Virus record (IMG/VR): IMGVR_UViG_3300048849_000155
Coordinates: 1-42,079 of that record
Length of the DNA: 42,079 bases
Reading direction: 5' to 3' (one strand)
DNA from: a virus
Lineage: Duplodnaviria > Caudoviricetes
Of the stretch, positions 35,408 through 42,079 are shown one piece after another. Under the pieces are notes generated by a model. That model searched no databases. It saw only the letters and a list, made by a program, of their open reading frames with translations, and was not told where the DNA came from. The position numbers and the translations under genes were made by a program. Numbering within the stretch: position 1 is the first letter of the stretch; each line of letters opens with the position of its first letter.

Positions 35408-36021
35408 GCGAACGACGAAAGATCAACCGCCTGTCCCTGCTCGCGAACGTGGTGCCGGTGCTCACGTTCGTGCTCGGCGCGATCCTGCTGACGTACTTCC
35501 TGCTCGCGAACGCGGGCCTACAAGTGCAGCTGCGGGTAGCGCACGAGAATCTGCAGGCATCGCAGACGAACGCGGAGGACCTGTACCAGCAGCTTCTCCA
35601 AGAGGGCATCAGCCCGGACGCCGAGCGGCCCACCGATGTGGTGCCGTCGACACCAGGTAGTCCCGGGTCGAATGGTAGCGACGGACAACGCGGCGCTCCG
35701 GGAGCGCAGGGCGCGCAAGGCGATATCGGCGTGCCCGGACAGACAGGGCCACCTGGCCCGCCCGGGCCCGCTGGCCAGCCTGGTACGGATGGCAGCGCTG
35801 GAGCGCCGGGTGACAGCGGGCCAGCCGGCCCTGCAGGGGCAGACGGCGCTCCTGGTGCCCCGGGAACTCCCGGCGCGAATGGTCTCGATGGCCGGGGCAT
35901 CGCTTCGGTCAACTGCGAACAAGACGGCACGTGGACGATCACGTACACCGACAGCACGACATCGACCACGAGCGGCCCGTGCCGCATCGCTGATCCGATC
36001 ATCCCCACACCCGAGGAGTAA
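35404..36021 (+). CDS. Membrane-anchored collagen-like protein
   Basis: N-terminal TM, short coiled coil, Gly-X-Y run, and a C-terminal beta domain with two Cys. Confidence 0.88.
   Translation: MSERRKINRLSLLANVVPVLTFVLGAILLTYFLLANAGLQVQLRVAHENLQASQTNAEDLYQQLLQEGISPDAERPTDVVPSTPGSPGSNGSDGQRGAPGAQGAQGDIGVPGQTGPPGPPGPAGQPGTDGSAGAPGDSGPAGPAGADGAPGAPGTPGANGLDGRGIASVNCEQDGTWTITYTDSTTSTTSGPCRIADPIIPTPEE
35656..35898 (+). repeat. Collagen Gly-X-Y coding repeat (27 triplets)
   Basis: GSP-GSN-GSD...GLD-GRG counted from the translation. Confidence 0.9.
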
Positions 36022-36023
36022 CC

Positions 36024-36275
36024 ATGTCCATCTTCACCATCATCTTCTGGAAGGCCGCCGGAGAGCGCGCCGTCAAGACCGTCGCCCAGTCTGCTGTCGC
36101 CGTCATCACGGCCAACGCGACCGGGCTGCTCGACATCGACTTCGTCGGCGTCGCATCGGTCGCCGGGCTCGCCGGCCTCGTCTCGGTCCTGACCTCCATC
36201 GGGTCCGATGCCCTCACGGGCGGCACGGGCCCATCACTGGCGAACGAGAAGCCCGAAGGCAAGCACGCCGCCTGA
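36024..36275 (+). CDS. Holin (r1t family)
   Basis: FWKAAGERAVKTVAQ...SVLTSI. Confidence 0.92.
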   Translation: MSIFTIIFWKAAGERAVKTVAQSAVAVITANATGLLDIDFVGVASVAGLAGLVSVLTSIGSDALTGGTGPSLANEKPEGKHAA

Positions 36276-36364
36276 TGTGCGACTGCCGCCACCTCTGTTC
36301 CTCCCCCGGGTGCGTGCACGACGGCAACTGCGACTCGTGCACGCACTCAAGCTCCACGCCTTGA
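36275..36364 (+). CDS. Possible Cys/His-rich peptide (29 aa)
   Basis: MCDCRHLCSSPGCVHDGNCDSCTHSSSTP; TGATG coupling to the holin stop; no separate RBS. Confidence 0.45.
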   Translation: MCDCRHLCSSPGCVHDGNCDSCTHSSSTP

Positions 36365-36409
36365 TCTAGTAGCCATCAAGGTTTCAGACCTGACCGCTCG
36401 AGGAGCATC

Positions 36410-38491
36410 ATGACGATCATCACCATCTCGGACGCAGACCTCGTCGCCCTCGGCGGGACCGTTCCGCGCTCGGGTCGCCTGCAGGTGTGGCGTCTCACCG
36501 CACCAGTCGGTCAGGCCGAGCTCGACAGGGTGAAGGTTGCCGAGTTGGGCATGCGGAACACCTCGTTCGAGGTCGACCCGGCCGGTGCGCTCGCGCACGT
36601 TCTCGACGCAGCGAAGGTGCCCGGGCTCACGAGTGAGGCGTGGACGGTCATCATCCCAGTCACGTCCTCGATCTCTCTGTCGACGCTGATTGGCGAGCAC
36701 TCGATTGACGACGGCTCGTTCCCGCCCGGACCTACTCCCCCGCCGGCATGGTCTGAGGTTCTGGGGCAGGTGACTGAGCAGGCGACGATCGCATCCGGCG
36801 CCGCAGGGGATGCCTCTGGCGCTGCTACGGATGCCGAACAAGCCCGCCTCGGTGCGCTCGGCTACCGAACGGAGTCAAAGGACGCCCGTGACGAGTCCGT
36901 GGCAGCAAGGAACACCGCTGAGGGCGCAGCCGGGACGGCGACGGGTGCCGCAGGCACGGCTACCACGAAGGCTGCTGAGGCGGTCACGGCTGCGTCTGTC
37001 GCGGGTGCTGCTGCTGGCGCGGCGGTCGCCCCGGTGGCCACTGATCTGGCGGCGCTGAAAGTAGCCCTCCCGAACACTTATGTGACGCCGGATGCGCAGA
37101 GCACAGCACTCTTGCCGAAGCTCGACAAGACCACCGCCGCGGCGACTTATTCACCGCTCGGGATCGCGCAGCCTATGGGTGTGATGGTCGCCTATTTCGG
37201 AGACTCGATTCCCGGATTCGGTGAGGGGTACGGCTACTGGGTCGCCGCGCTCTCCAGCCAGCGCCTCCAGACGGCCGCAGTCAAGAGCCACCCCGGCGCG
37301 ACGAGCGCAGCACTCATCCCGTTCATCTCCGAGATCACATCGCTCGCCGCGGGCGTCAACGTCTTCATGCAGGGGTCTGGCACCAACGACGCGGGCGCGA
37401 ACGTCCCCGTCGCGACGTTCATGACGAACCGGAAAACGATCGACGACGCCATGAAGTCGTTCGCGAAGATCGTCGTGCTCACGGTTCCTCCGCTCTCGGC
37501 CTCGGCGGGCACGGGTCGCGGTCTCGTCGGGCGCTACAACGCAGCGCTGCGCCGGTACGCGAAGATCAACAACTACCCGCTGGTCGATATCTACGCGATC
37601 CTCGCAGACCCCGCCACAGGGGATATGAAGACCGCATACGATTCCGGCGATCACAAGCACCCGTCGACGGCAGGGCTCGTCGCCATGGCAACCGAGATCG
37701 TTCGAGTCGTCGGCGCACTTGCCGCCCCGGTCGCAACGTACATGGGTTACGCCGAGGGTGGGCCGAACCTTCAGCCAAACGCGATGGCGCTGGCCGATGC
37801 AAATGCGGACGGCCTCGCGAACAGCTTCAGCGCGACACCCACTACAGGCGTCGCCTGGGCGTTAATCACGGGCGCTGATGGGGTACGGCGACAGCGGGTC
37901 AACTTCACCAGCAAGACGGGCCTGCACAACGTGTCCGGGCGCGGGCTGTCTGTCGGCTCTGAGACGACCACTCTTGCCGCATCAGCGTCGGCGGGCGCGG
38001 TCACCCTGTCGCTCGCAGCGAGCGTCCCTGTCGGCTCGTACGTCATGGAGAACTCAGCCGGGCTGCAAGAACTCGTGAGCATCACCGCTATCTCCGGCTC
38101 CGGCCCATACACGGCTACTCTCTCGGGTGCGTACCCGCTTGTGAACGCGTTCGCCTCTGGAACGGTTCTACGCCGCCCCCTGAGCGTGGGAGACCGCATT
38201 CAAGTGCTGGCCCGCGTCTCATCCGGTCAGGACGGTGGGCTGCTCTCCCCGCAGCTCACCTGCTACAACGCTGGGCAGGCATCCGTGGTCGCTAACCTCA
38301 TTCTGACCAGCCCACAGGGCGGGTTCTCGAAGCAGGTCACTGACGTGCTCGTGGCGGGCGAGATCGTCATTCCATCGACGGCGGTTACAGCAGTGTTCAT
38401 GTTCGGCGTCACGGGCACCGGGGCAGCTTCGGAATGGTGGGACTTCGCCGCGCCAACCGTGCTCAACCTCACCCGGATCGAATCGTCCTGA
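36410..38491 (+). CDS. SGNH/GDSL hydrolase-domain protein (tailspike/esterase-like)
   Basis: Blocks FGDS, HPGATS, GTND and DHKHP; Ala-rich stalk before and beta-rich modules after the catalytic domain. Confidence 0.9.
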   Translation: MTIITISDADLVALGGTVPRSGRLQVWRLTAPVGQAELDRVKVAELGMRNTSFEVDPAGALAHVLDAAKVPGLTSEAWTVIIPVTSSISLSTLIGEHSIDDGSFPPGPTPPPAWSEVLGQVTEQATIASGAAGDASGAATDAEQARLGALGYRTESKDARDESVAARNTAEGAAGTATGAAGTATTKAAEAVTAASVAGAAAGAAVAPVATDLAALKVALPNTYVTPDAQSTALLPKLDKTTAAATYSPLGIAQPMGVMVAYFGDSIPGFGEGYGYWVAALSSQRLQTAAVKSHPGATSAALIPFISEITSLAAGVNVFMQGSGTNDAGANVPVATFMTNRKTIDDAMKSFAKIVVLTVPPLSASAGTGRGLVGRYNAALRRYAKINNYPLVDIYAILADPATGDMKTAYDSGDHKHPSTAGLVAMATEIVRVVGALAAPVATYMGYAEGGPNLQPNAMALADANADGLANSFSATPTTGVAWALITGADGVRRQRVNFTSKTGLHNVSGRGLSVGSETTTLAASASAGAVTLSLAASVPVGSYVMENSAGLQELVSITAISGSGPYTATLSGAYPLVNAFASGTVLRRPLSVGDRIQVLARVSSGQDGGLLSPQLTCYNAGQASVVANLILTSPQGGFSKQVTDVLVAGEIVIPSTAVTAVFMFGVTGTGAASEWWDFAAPTVLNLTRIESS

Positions 38492-38523
38492 TCCGGGCAT
38501 AAGTCCACAGATTGCAGCACACG

Positions 38524-38570
38524 AAGGCCCCCGGGTCTCACTCTTTTCGGAGTGGGGCTCGGGGGCTTTT
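38524..38570 (+). terminator. Late operon terminator
   Basis: Long hairpin GGCCCCCGGGTCTCACTC-TTTTCG-GAGTGGGGCTCGGGGGCT followed by TTT. Confidence 0.85.
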
Positions 38571-38681
38571 GTCGTTCTATGCATGCGACGTGATCAAGCA
38601 CCGACTTGGGCTACCCCCAGTAAGGGGAAATCTTTGCCGTTGATGTTCGACCGTCTTAGCGACCTCGCTATGGTTCATGTC

Positions 38682-39713
38682 ATGTCTAAATCGACCGGTG
38701 GCGATGTCACCTTCCTCTCGCAGACGGAACCCATCGACGAGCGCGGTCGAGCGATGTATGCCGTCGCGCGATCGATCCTCCGGGCCCACCTAGACCAACT
38801 GACTACGGAAGATCTGGAAGACCTCGATAGAGACAGAGCGGACGTCACGCTGAGGCAGCTCGCGAAATATGCTCGCCTTCATCGCGACAAGGGCGCTCGA
38901 GGCGATGGTTTCGAATGGGCGGTCCACGAGGCGATCGTTGGCCAAGAGCCGAAGGTTGCCGGTCCTGTTCTTGAGGCGATGGTGAAGGCATCCCCGAAGT
39001 CATTCCGATCAACCTCTGACCCAACGTCGCTGATGTTCGGGTATGAGCGAGCAAAGTACCTCGGCTTTACGGAAGCAATTGTCGATGCTGCAGCCTCAGA
39101 TGCCTTACTTCTGCCGGAGGGCTCGGGTCGCGCGTTTCAATTCGGGCCGTGGGTCTCGGTTGCCGCCAAGGGCAAGGCTGCAGAGAACCAGTTGAAAGAT
39201 CGAATCAAGAGTGTGTGGAAAACTGACCTCTTCGTTGGAGACGAGCAGCGGCAGCGGCATCTTGCAGTGACGATCAAGAGCAACTGGCATCAGCTTGAGA
39301 GCGGTCGGGGCCTGCGGCTGGGAGTGGTGCCTGAGGCACATGACTTGAAACCCGGTGTGTACTCCAGGAACGGGCTGTGGCTCGCAGTGCTCCCAGATCC
39401 GGACGGATTCATGGGGCTGTTCAACGACGCGTATGAAGCGGTTGCGGAATCAATTCTGACTCTCGGAAAGCATGACCGTTCGGCGTATTACTACAAGCCA
39501 ACTCCCCTAGGCCAAAGGATTCAGCATCAGCTCGAGAAGTACGCCACTGCGAAGGTTCTCGACATCGAAGATGCACTGAACGATGCTAGCCAAGTGAATC
39601 TGATCAACATTCAGCACAAGCTTGTGTCTGTTGACGCCCCTGAGTGGCTGCACCTGAATGCAGCTCGGACCAGTGTCATTGCGCCGAAGCCTGCATTTGA
39701 AAAGCTCGACTAG
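38682..39713 (+). CDS. Orphan protein with PD-(D/E)xK-like motif, candidate defence nuclease (alternative starts 38583, 38643)
   Basis: GDGFEWAVHE helix and KTDLFVG-x8-AVTIKSN; more A/T-ending codons than core genes; TATGGT 7 nt before ATG 38682. Confidence 0.65.
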   Translation: MSKSTGGDVTFLSQTEPIDERGRAMYAVARSILRAHLDQLTTEDLEDLDRDRADVTLRQLAKYARLHRDKGARGDGFEWAVHEAIVGQEPKVAGPVLEAMVKASPKSFRSTSDPTSLMFGYERAKYLGFTEAIVDAAASDALLLPEGSGRAFQFGPWVSVAAKGKAAENQLKDRIKSVWKTDLFVGDEQRQRHLAVTIKSNWHQLESGRGLRLGVVPEAHDLKPGVYSRNGLWLAVLPDPDGFMGLFNDAYEAVAESILTLGKHDRSAYYYKPTPLGQRIQHQLEKYATAKVLDIEDALNDASQVNLINIQHKLVSVDAPEWLHLNAARTSVIAPKPAFEKLD

Positions 39714-39758
39714 AGACGCGGCTCCTGTCGGCAGCCCGCGTCAATCTCAGAACATCCT

Positions 39759-40031
39759 TCAGCCACCGACGGGCGGCCGTGAGTTGTCAATGAGGTATTC
39801 GAGGACGAGCCGCCAGTCGTCGGTGGCGGGTTCGTCGTAGACGTCTTCCTCTCCGGCGAAGTCGATGGTGTATTCCGGGCCGGTCTCCTGCGTGCCCTTC
39901 ACAGCGATGACTTGGCCGAGGTAGGTGTCGCCGTCGTACACGCGCCACCGTTCGCTCTCACGTTCTTCGAGCCGGTACGTCTTGCCTGCGTACTCGTAGG
40001 TGCCTTCAGATAATTCGGGTCCGTCTTCCAT
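39759..40031 (-). CDS. Acidic hypothetical protein
   Basis: 90 aa; TAGGCT 7 nt before the ATG (leaderless). Confidence 0.75.
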   Translation of the reverse strand: MEDGPELSEGTYEYAGKTYRLEERESERWRVYDGDTYLGQVIAVKGTQETGPEYTIDFAGEEDVYDEPATDDWRLVLEYLIDNSRPPVGG

Positions 40032-40072
40032 GACCGGGAGCCTACCGACGTCGAGCGGTGCGGCGACAGGGG

Positions 40073-40237
40073 TCAGGCGAACGTCTCGGCCCGGTCGACC
40101 TTGATCATCAGCACCTGCAGGTCATCGGGCACACCCTCGAGCAGCCCGGCCTTCACCGTCTGGTAGTCGGCGCCCTCGGCTTCGACTTCGCGGACATCAC
40201 CGGTGGTCTTGTTCCTGGCGCGCACTCTGACCTTCAC
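40073..40237 (-). CDS. Small hypothetical protein (54 aa, absent from ORF track)
   Basis: MKVRVRARNKTTGDVREVEAEGADYQTVKAGLLEGVPDDLQVLMIKVDRAETFA; GTGA overlap with the upstream gene. Confidence 0.7.
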   Translation of the reverse strand: MKVRVRARNKTTGDVREVEAEGADYQTVKAGLLEGVPDDLQVLMIKVDRAETFA

Positions 40238-40587
40238 GCGTCCACCCTACGTTGCGGCACACCGTCGACAAGCTCGCACGGGTCGGGCTGCAGGGGCGCG
40301 TTGAGCTTCACCATTTCGGCTGCGTGCTGCCGGATGAACGTGGTAGCTGAGCCGATCGTCTCGAACGACTTCACCCACACACGGCGCCCGCTCTCATCGA
40401 GGCCGTGGGAGTAGACGTGGAACATGCGACCGCGGGACTTCGGCGGGTCCCATCTGATCCATCCGAGGATTCGCCCGTGCGGCGCCACACACCAAACCTG
40501 CTTGTAGGCGTACTCGATCGCGAAAGGGTCGGACGGTACGAAGTCGACGCCGGCCATCAGGTCAGTGAAATCGCCGACCTTGTTCAT
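40234..40587 (-). CDS. Hypothetical protein
   Basis: GAGGAG RBS plus ATG (MNKVGDFTDL). Confidence 0.75.
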   Translation of the reverse strand: MNKVGDFTDLMAGVDFVPSDPFAIEYAYKQVWCVAPHGRILGWIRWDPPKSRGRMFHVYSHGLDESGRRVWVKSFETIGSATTFIRQHAAEMVKLNAPLQPDPCELVDGVPQRRVDA

Positions 40588-40632
40588 AGGGTGCTCCTCT
40601 CGTAGGGAGCGTCCCGGCCGACGCAAGATTCG

Positions 40633-40654
40633 ATACTAGACGGCCCGACTGACA
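40633..40654 (-). promoter_or_regulatory. PafBC/RecA-NDp-type DNA-damage promoter
   Basis: Minus strand TGTCAG-N10-TAGTAT fits the TGTCRG-N10-TAnnnT consensus. Confidence 0.65.
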
Positions 40655-40693
40655 CTGGCCTCGGCCAAACATGATCTGGTGCATGATGAGCAA

Positions 40694-41419
40694 ATGCTGT
40701 TCGCTTACATAGACGAGTCCGGTCAGCGAGGCGTATCAGCGAAAGCTACCGACCACTTCGTTCTCTCGGCTGTGATGTTCCGGGCGCACGCCGTTCCATA
40801 CGCGGAAGAGCTGCTTAAACGGATGCGAATAGCCACGCGAAGGGGCGAGGGGCACGAGTTGCACTTCAACAAATTGGCCAACGAGCACCGGCACGTTGTG
40901 TCCTCGATGCTGGGCCAAGAGACGTGGCTGAGAGTATCGAGTGTTGTCGTGTGCAAAAACCACCTACCGCACGACGACCTAACGGACGACGAGCGGTACC
41001 TGCACGCATTCCGCCTCCTTCTGGAACGGGTGTCCTGGCTCGCGAAAGACTATGGCGAGACGGCCTATTACACGCTGGCACATATTCAGCGCTTCAAGCT
41101 CTCCACGCTGCGCGCGTTTGAGGCCCGCCTTCGCAGCATCGATACCGAGATTCGTTGGACCAATCTGGACCCTGCGGGCGGCCAACTGAACCACCCGAAG
41201 ACCCTCGAATTACTGCAACTGGCTGATATCGCCGCCTCGTCGACCGGAATTGCATTCAATCCACCCATGAATACAGGCGTGGCCGAGCCCGCATATCTCA
41301 TGAACTTGAGCCCGGCTCTATATCGAAGAGCAGGCGGGAAACTCACGTCGTACGGGCTGAAGATGTACCCGTGGTGGGAAAGCACAAAGGCCGCTTACCC
41401 GTGGGTAGCGACCTTGTGA
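40694..41419 (+). CDS. DUF3800-domain protein (RNase H-like fold)
   Basis: N-terminal AYIDESG, FVLSAV, ELHF, and C-terminal LLQLADIAA signature; alternative start GTG 40679. Confidence 0.9.
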   Translation: MLFAYIDESGQRGVSAKATDHFVLSAVMFRAHAVPYAEELLKRMRIATRRGEGHELHFNKLANEHRHVVSSMLGQETWLRVSSVVVCKNHLPHDDLTDDERYLHAFRLLLERVSWLAKDYGETAYYTLAHIQRFKLSTLRAFEARLRSIDTEIRWTNLDPAGGQLNHPKTLELLQLADIAASSTGIAFNPPMNTGVAEPAYLMNLSPALYRRAGGKLTSYGLKMYPWWESTKAAYPWVATL

Positions 41420-41497
41420 CGAGCGTCACGTGCCTTAAGCCGGAACCCCGGGTGCCCCTCAGTGACGAGTTGCAGACACGCATCCGCACATAGGCAC
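41416..41497 (+). ncRNA. Candidate DUF3800-associated structured RNA
   Basis: Nested stems GTGCCT (41430-41435)/AGGCAC (41492-41497) and CGGGTGC (41449-41455)/GCATCCG (41480-41486); hairpin GTGAC-gagc-GTCAC over the stop codon. Confidence 0.6.
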
Positions 41498-41580
41498 AGT
41501 AACACTGTCAACCCGGCGCCGGTAGGTCTATACAGTCCCATACAAGCTTCTACAGTCACAGACGGACTTTACAGTGCTCC

Positions 41581-41793
41581 TCAATTGCCGTCACCCATCC
41601 CGTCGCGCACCTCTTGGGCAAGTATCCGGCTTGCCTCGGCCGACTGCCTGAGCCGTGCTTCTGTCTCCATGGAGCTCTCATCCCAGCCGATGCGCATCCC
41701 GAGCGACAAGACGTTGTTGGCCTGCGCCTCGGCATCGGCAGCGAGACGCTCGTACGTCTCGACCAGTGCGCGCAGTTCGTCGTCGTCCCCCAT
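41581..41793 (-). CDS. Small helical hypothetical protein
   Basis: MGDDDELRALVETYERLAADAE...; helical hairpin pattern; divergent from DUF3263. Confidence 0.65.
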   Translation of the reverse strand: MGDDDELRALVETYERLAADAEAQANNVLSLGMRIGWDESSMETEARLRQSAEASRILAQEVRDGMGDGN

Positions 41794-41830
41794 GAAGAGA
41801 CTCTGTCACACGCCCGTGGCACGATGAAGG

Positions 41831-42079
41831 ATGCTCAGCGAATCCGACCGCGACCTGCTCGCGTTCGAAGAAACCCACTGGGTGCACACGGGACGGAAAC
41901 AGAACGACATCCGGGAGCAGTTCGGCATCTCAGCGCCGCGGTATTACCAGATGCTCGGCGACCTCATCCAGAACCCGGACGCGGTGAAAGAGTTCCCGCA
42001 ACTGACGAAGCGAATGCTCCAGCGACGCGACGCACACACACAAGCAGCACGGCGGCGGGCAGCGTTCGGCGACGACTGA
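41831..42079 (+). CDS. DUF3263-domain protein
   Basis: LSESDRDLLAFE...K...IREQFGISAPRYYQ.L..LI..P. Confidence 0.88.
   Translation: MLSESDRDLLAFEETHWVHTGRKQNDIREQFGISAPRYYQMLGDLIQNPDAVKEFPQLTKRMLQRRDAHTQAARRRAAFGDD

Larger units (their letters stand above)
1..42079. mobile_element. Temperate siphovirus prophage, near-complete; att sites outside the window
   Basis: Complete lambdoid module order: integrase/immunity, recombination, replication, packaging, head, long non-contractile tail (974-aa tape measure, no sheath), lysis, accessory right end. Confidence 0.97.

Noticed and set aside
40618-40633. LexA box next to the PafBC-type promoter (minus strand TCGAATCTTGCGTCGG)
   Set aside because: It has four mismatches to TCGAAC-N4-GTTCGA, too degenerate to call despite the suggestive position.
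1-42079. attL/attR, CRISPR array, reverse transcriptase/DGR/retron, IS element, DNA methyltransferase
   Set aside because: None seen: the window ends at gene boundaries, and I found no repeat-spacer array and no RT, transposase or MTase motifs in credible ORFs.

Overview
The window is a near-complete temperate siphovirus (prophage) genome of a high-GC actinobacterium, probably Microbacteriaceae-like (inferred from gene content only). It is trimmed at gene boundaries, from the integrase stop codon at 1-3 to a DUF3263 stop at 42077-42079, so no att sites are visible. Left to right: tyrosine integrase, ImmA-type metalloprotease and XRE repressor (leftward); Cro, Xis and antirepressor; YqaJ-RecT-RusA-HNH recombination; replication initiator, helicase and SSB; a mosaic block of small genes; a putative late regulator and a structured late leader; terminases, portal, minor capsid, scaffold and capsid; a tRNA-Gln(CUG) inserted in the head operon; neck and tail genes with a probable -1 frameshifted chaperone; a lysis cassette; an SGNH esterase; and a right-end accessory island. 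Most notable are (i) a DUF3800 RNase H-fold gene followed directly by a compact structured RNA candidate, close to an orphan PD-(D/E)xK-like gene, forming a candidate anti-phage island, (ii) an oriC-like phased DnaA-box array upstream of the replication genes, (iii) a tRNA plus conserved-protein cassette between two paralogous head genes, and (iv) two long-range-paired RNA domains in the late leader. About ten small genes under 60 aa that the ORF track missed were recovered by hand from start/stop overlaps. All family assignments come from reading motifs by eye; no database search or folding program was run.
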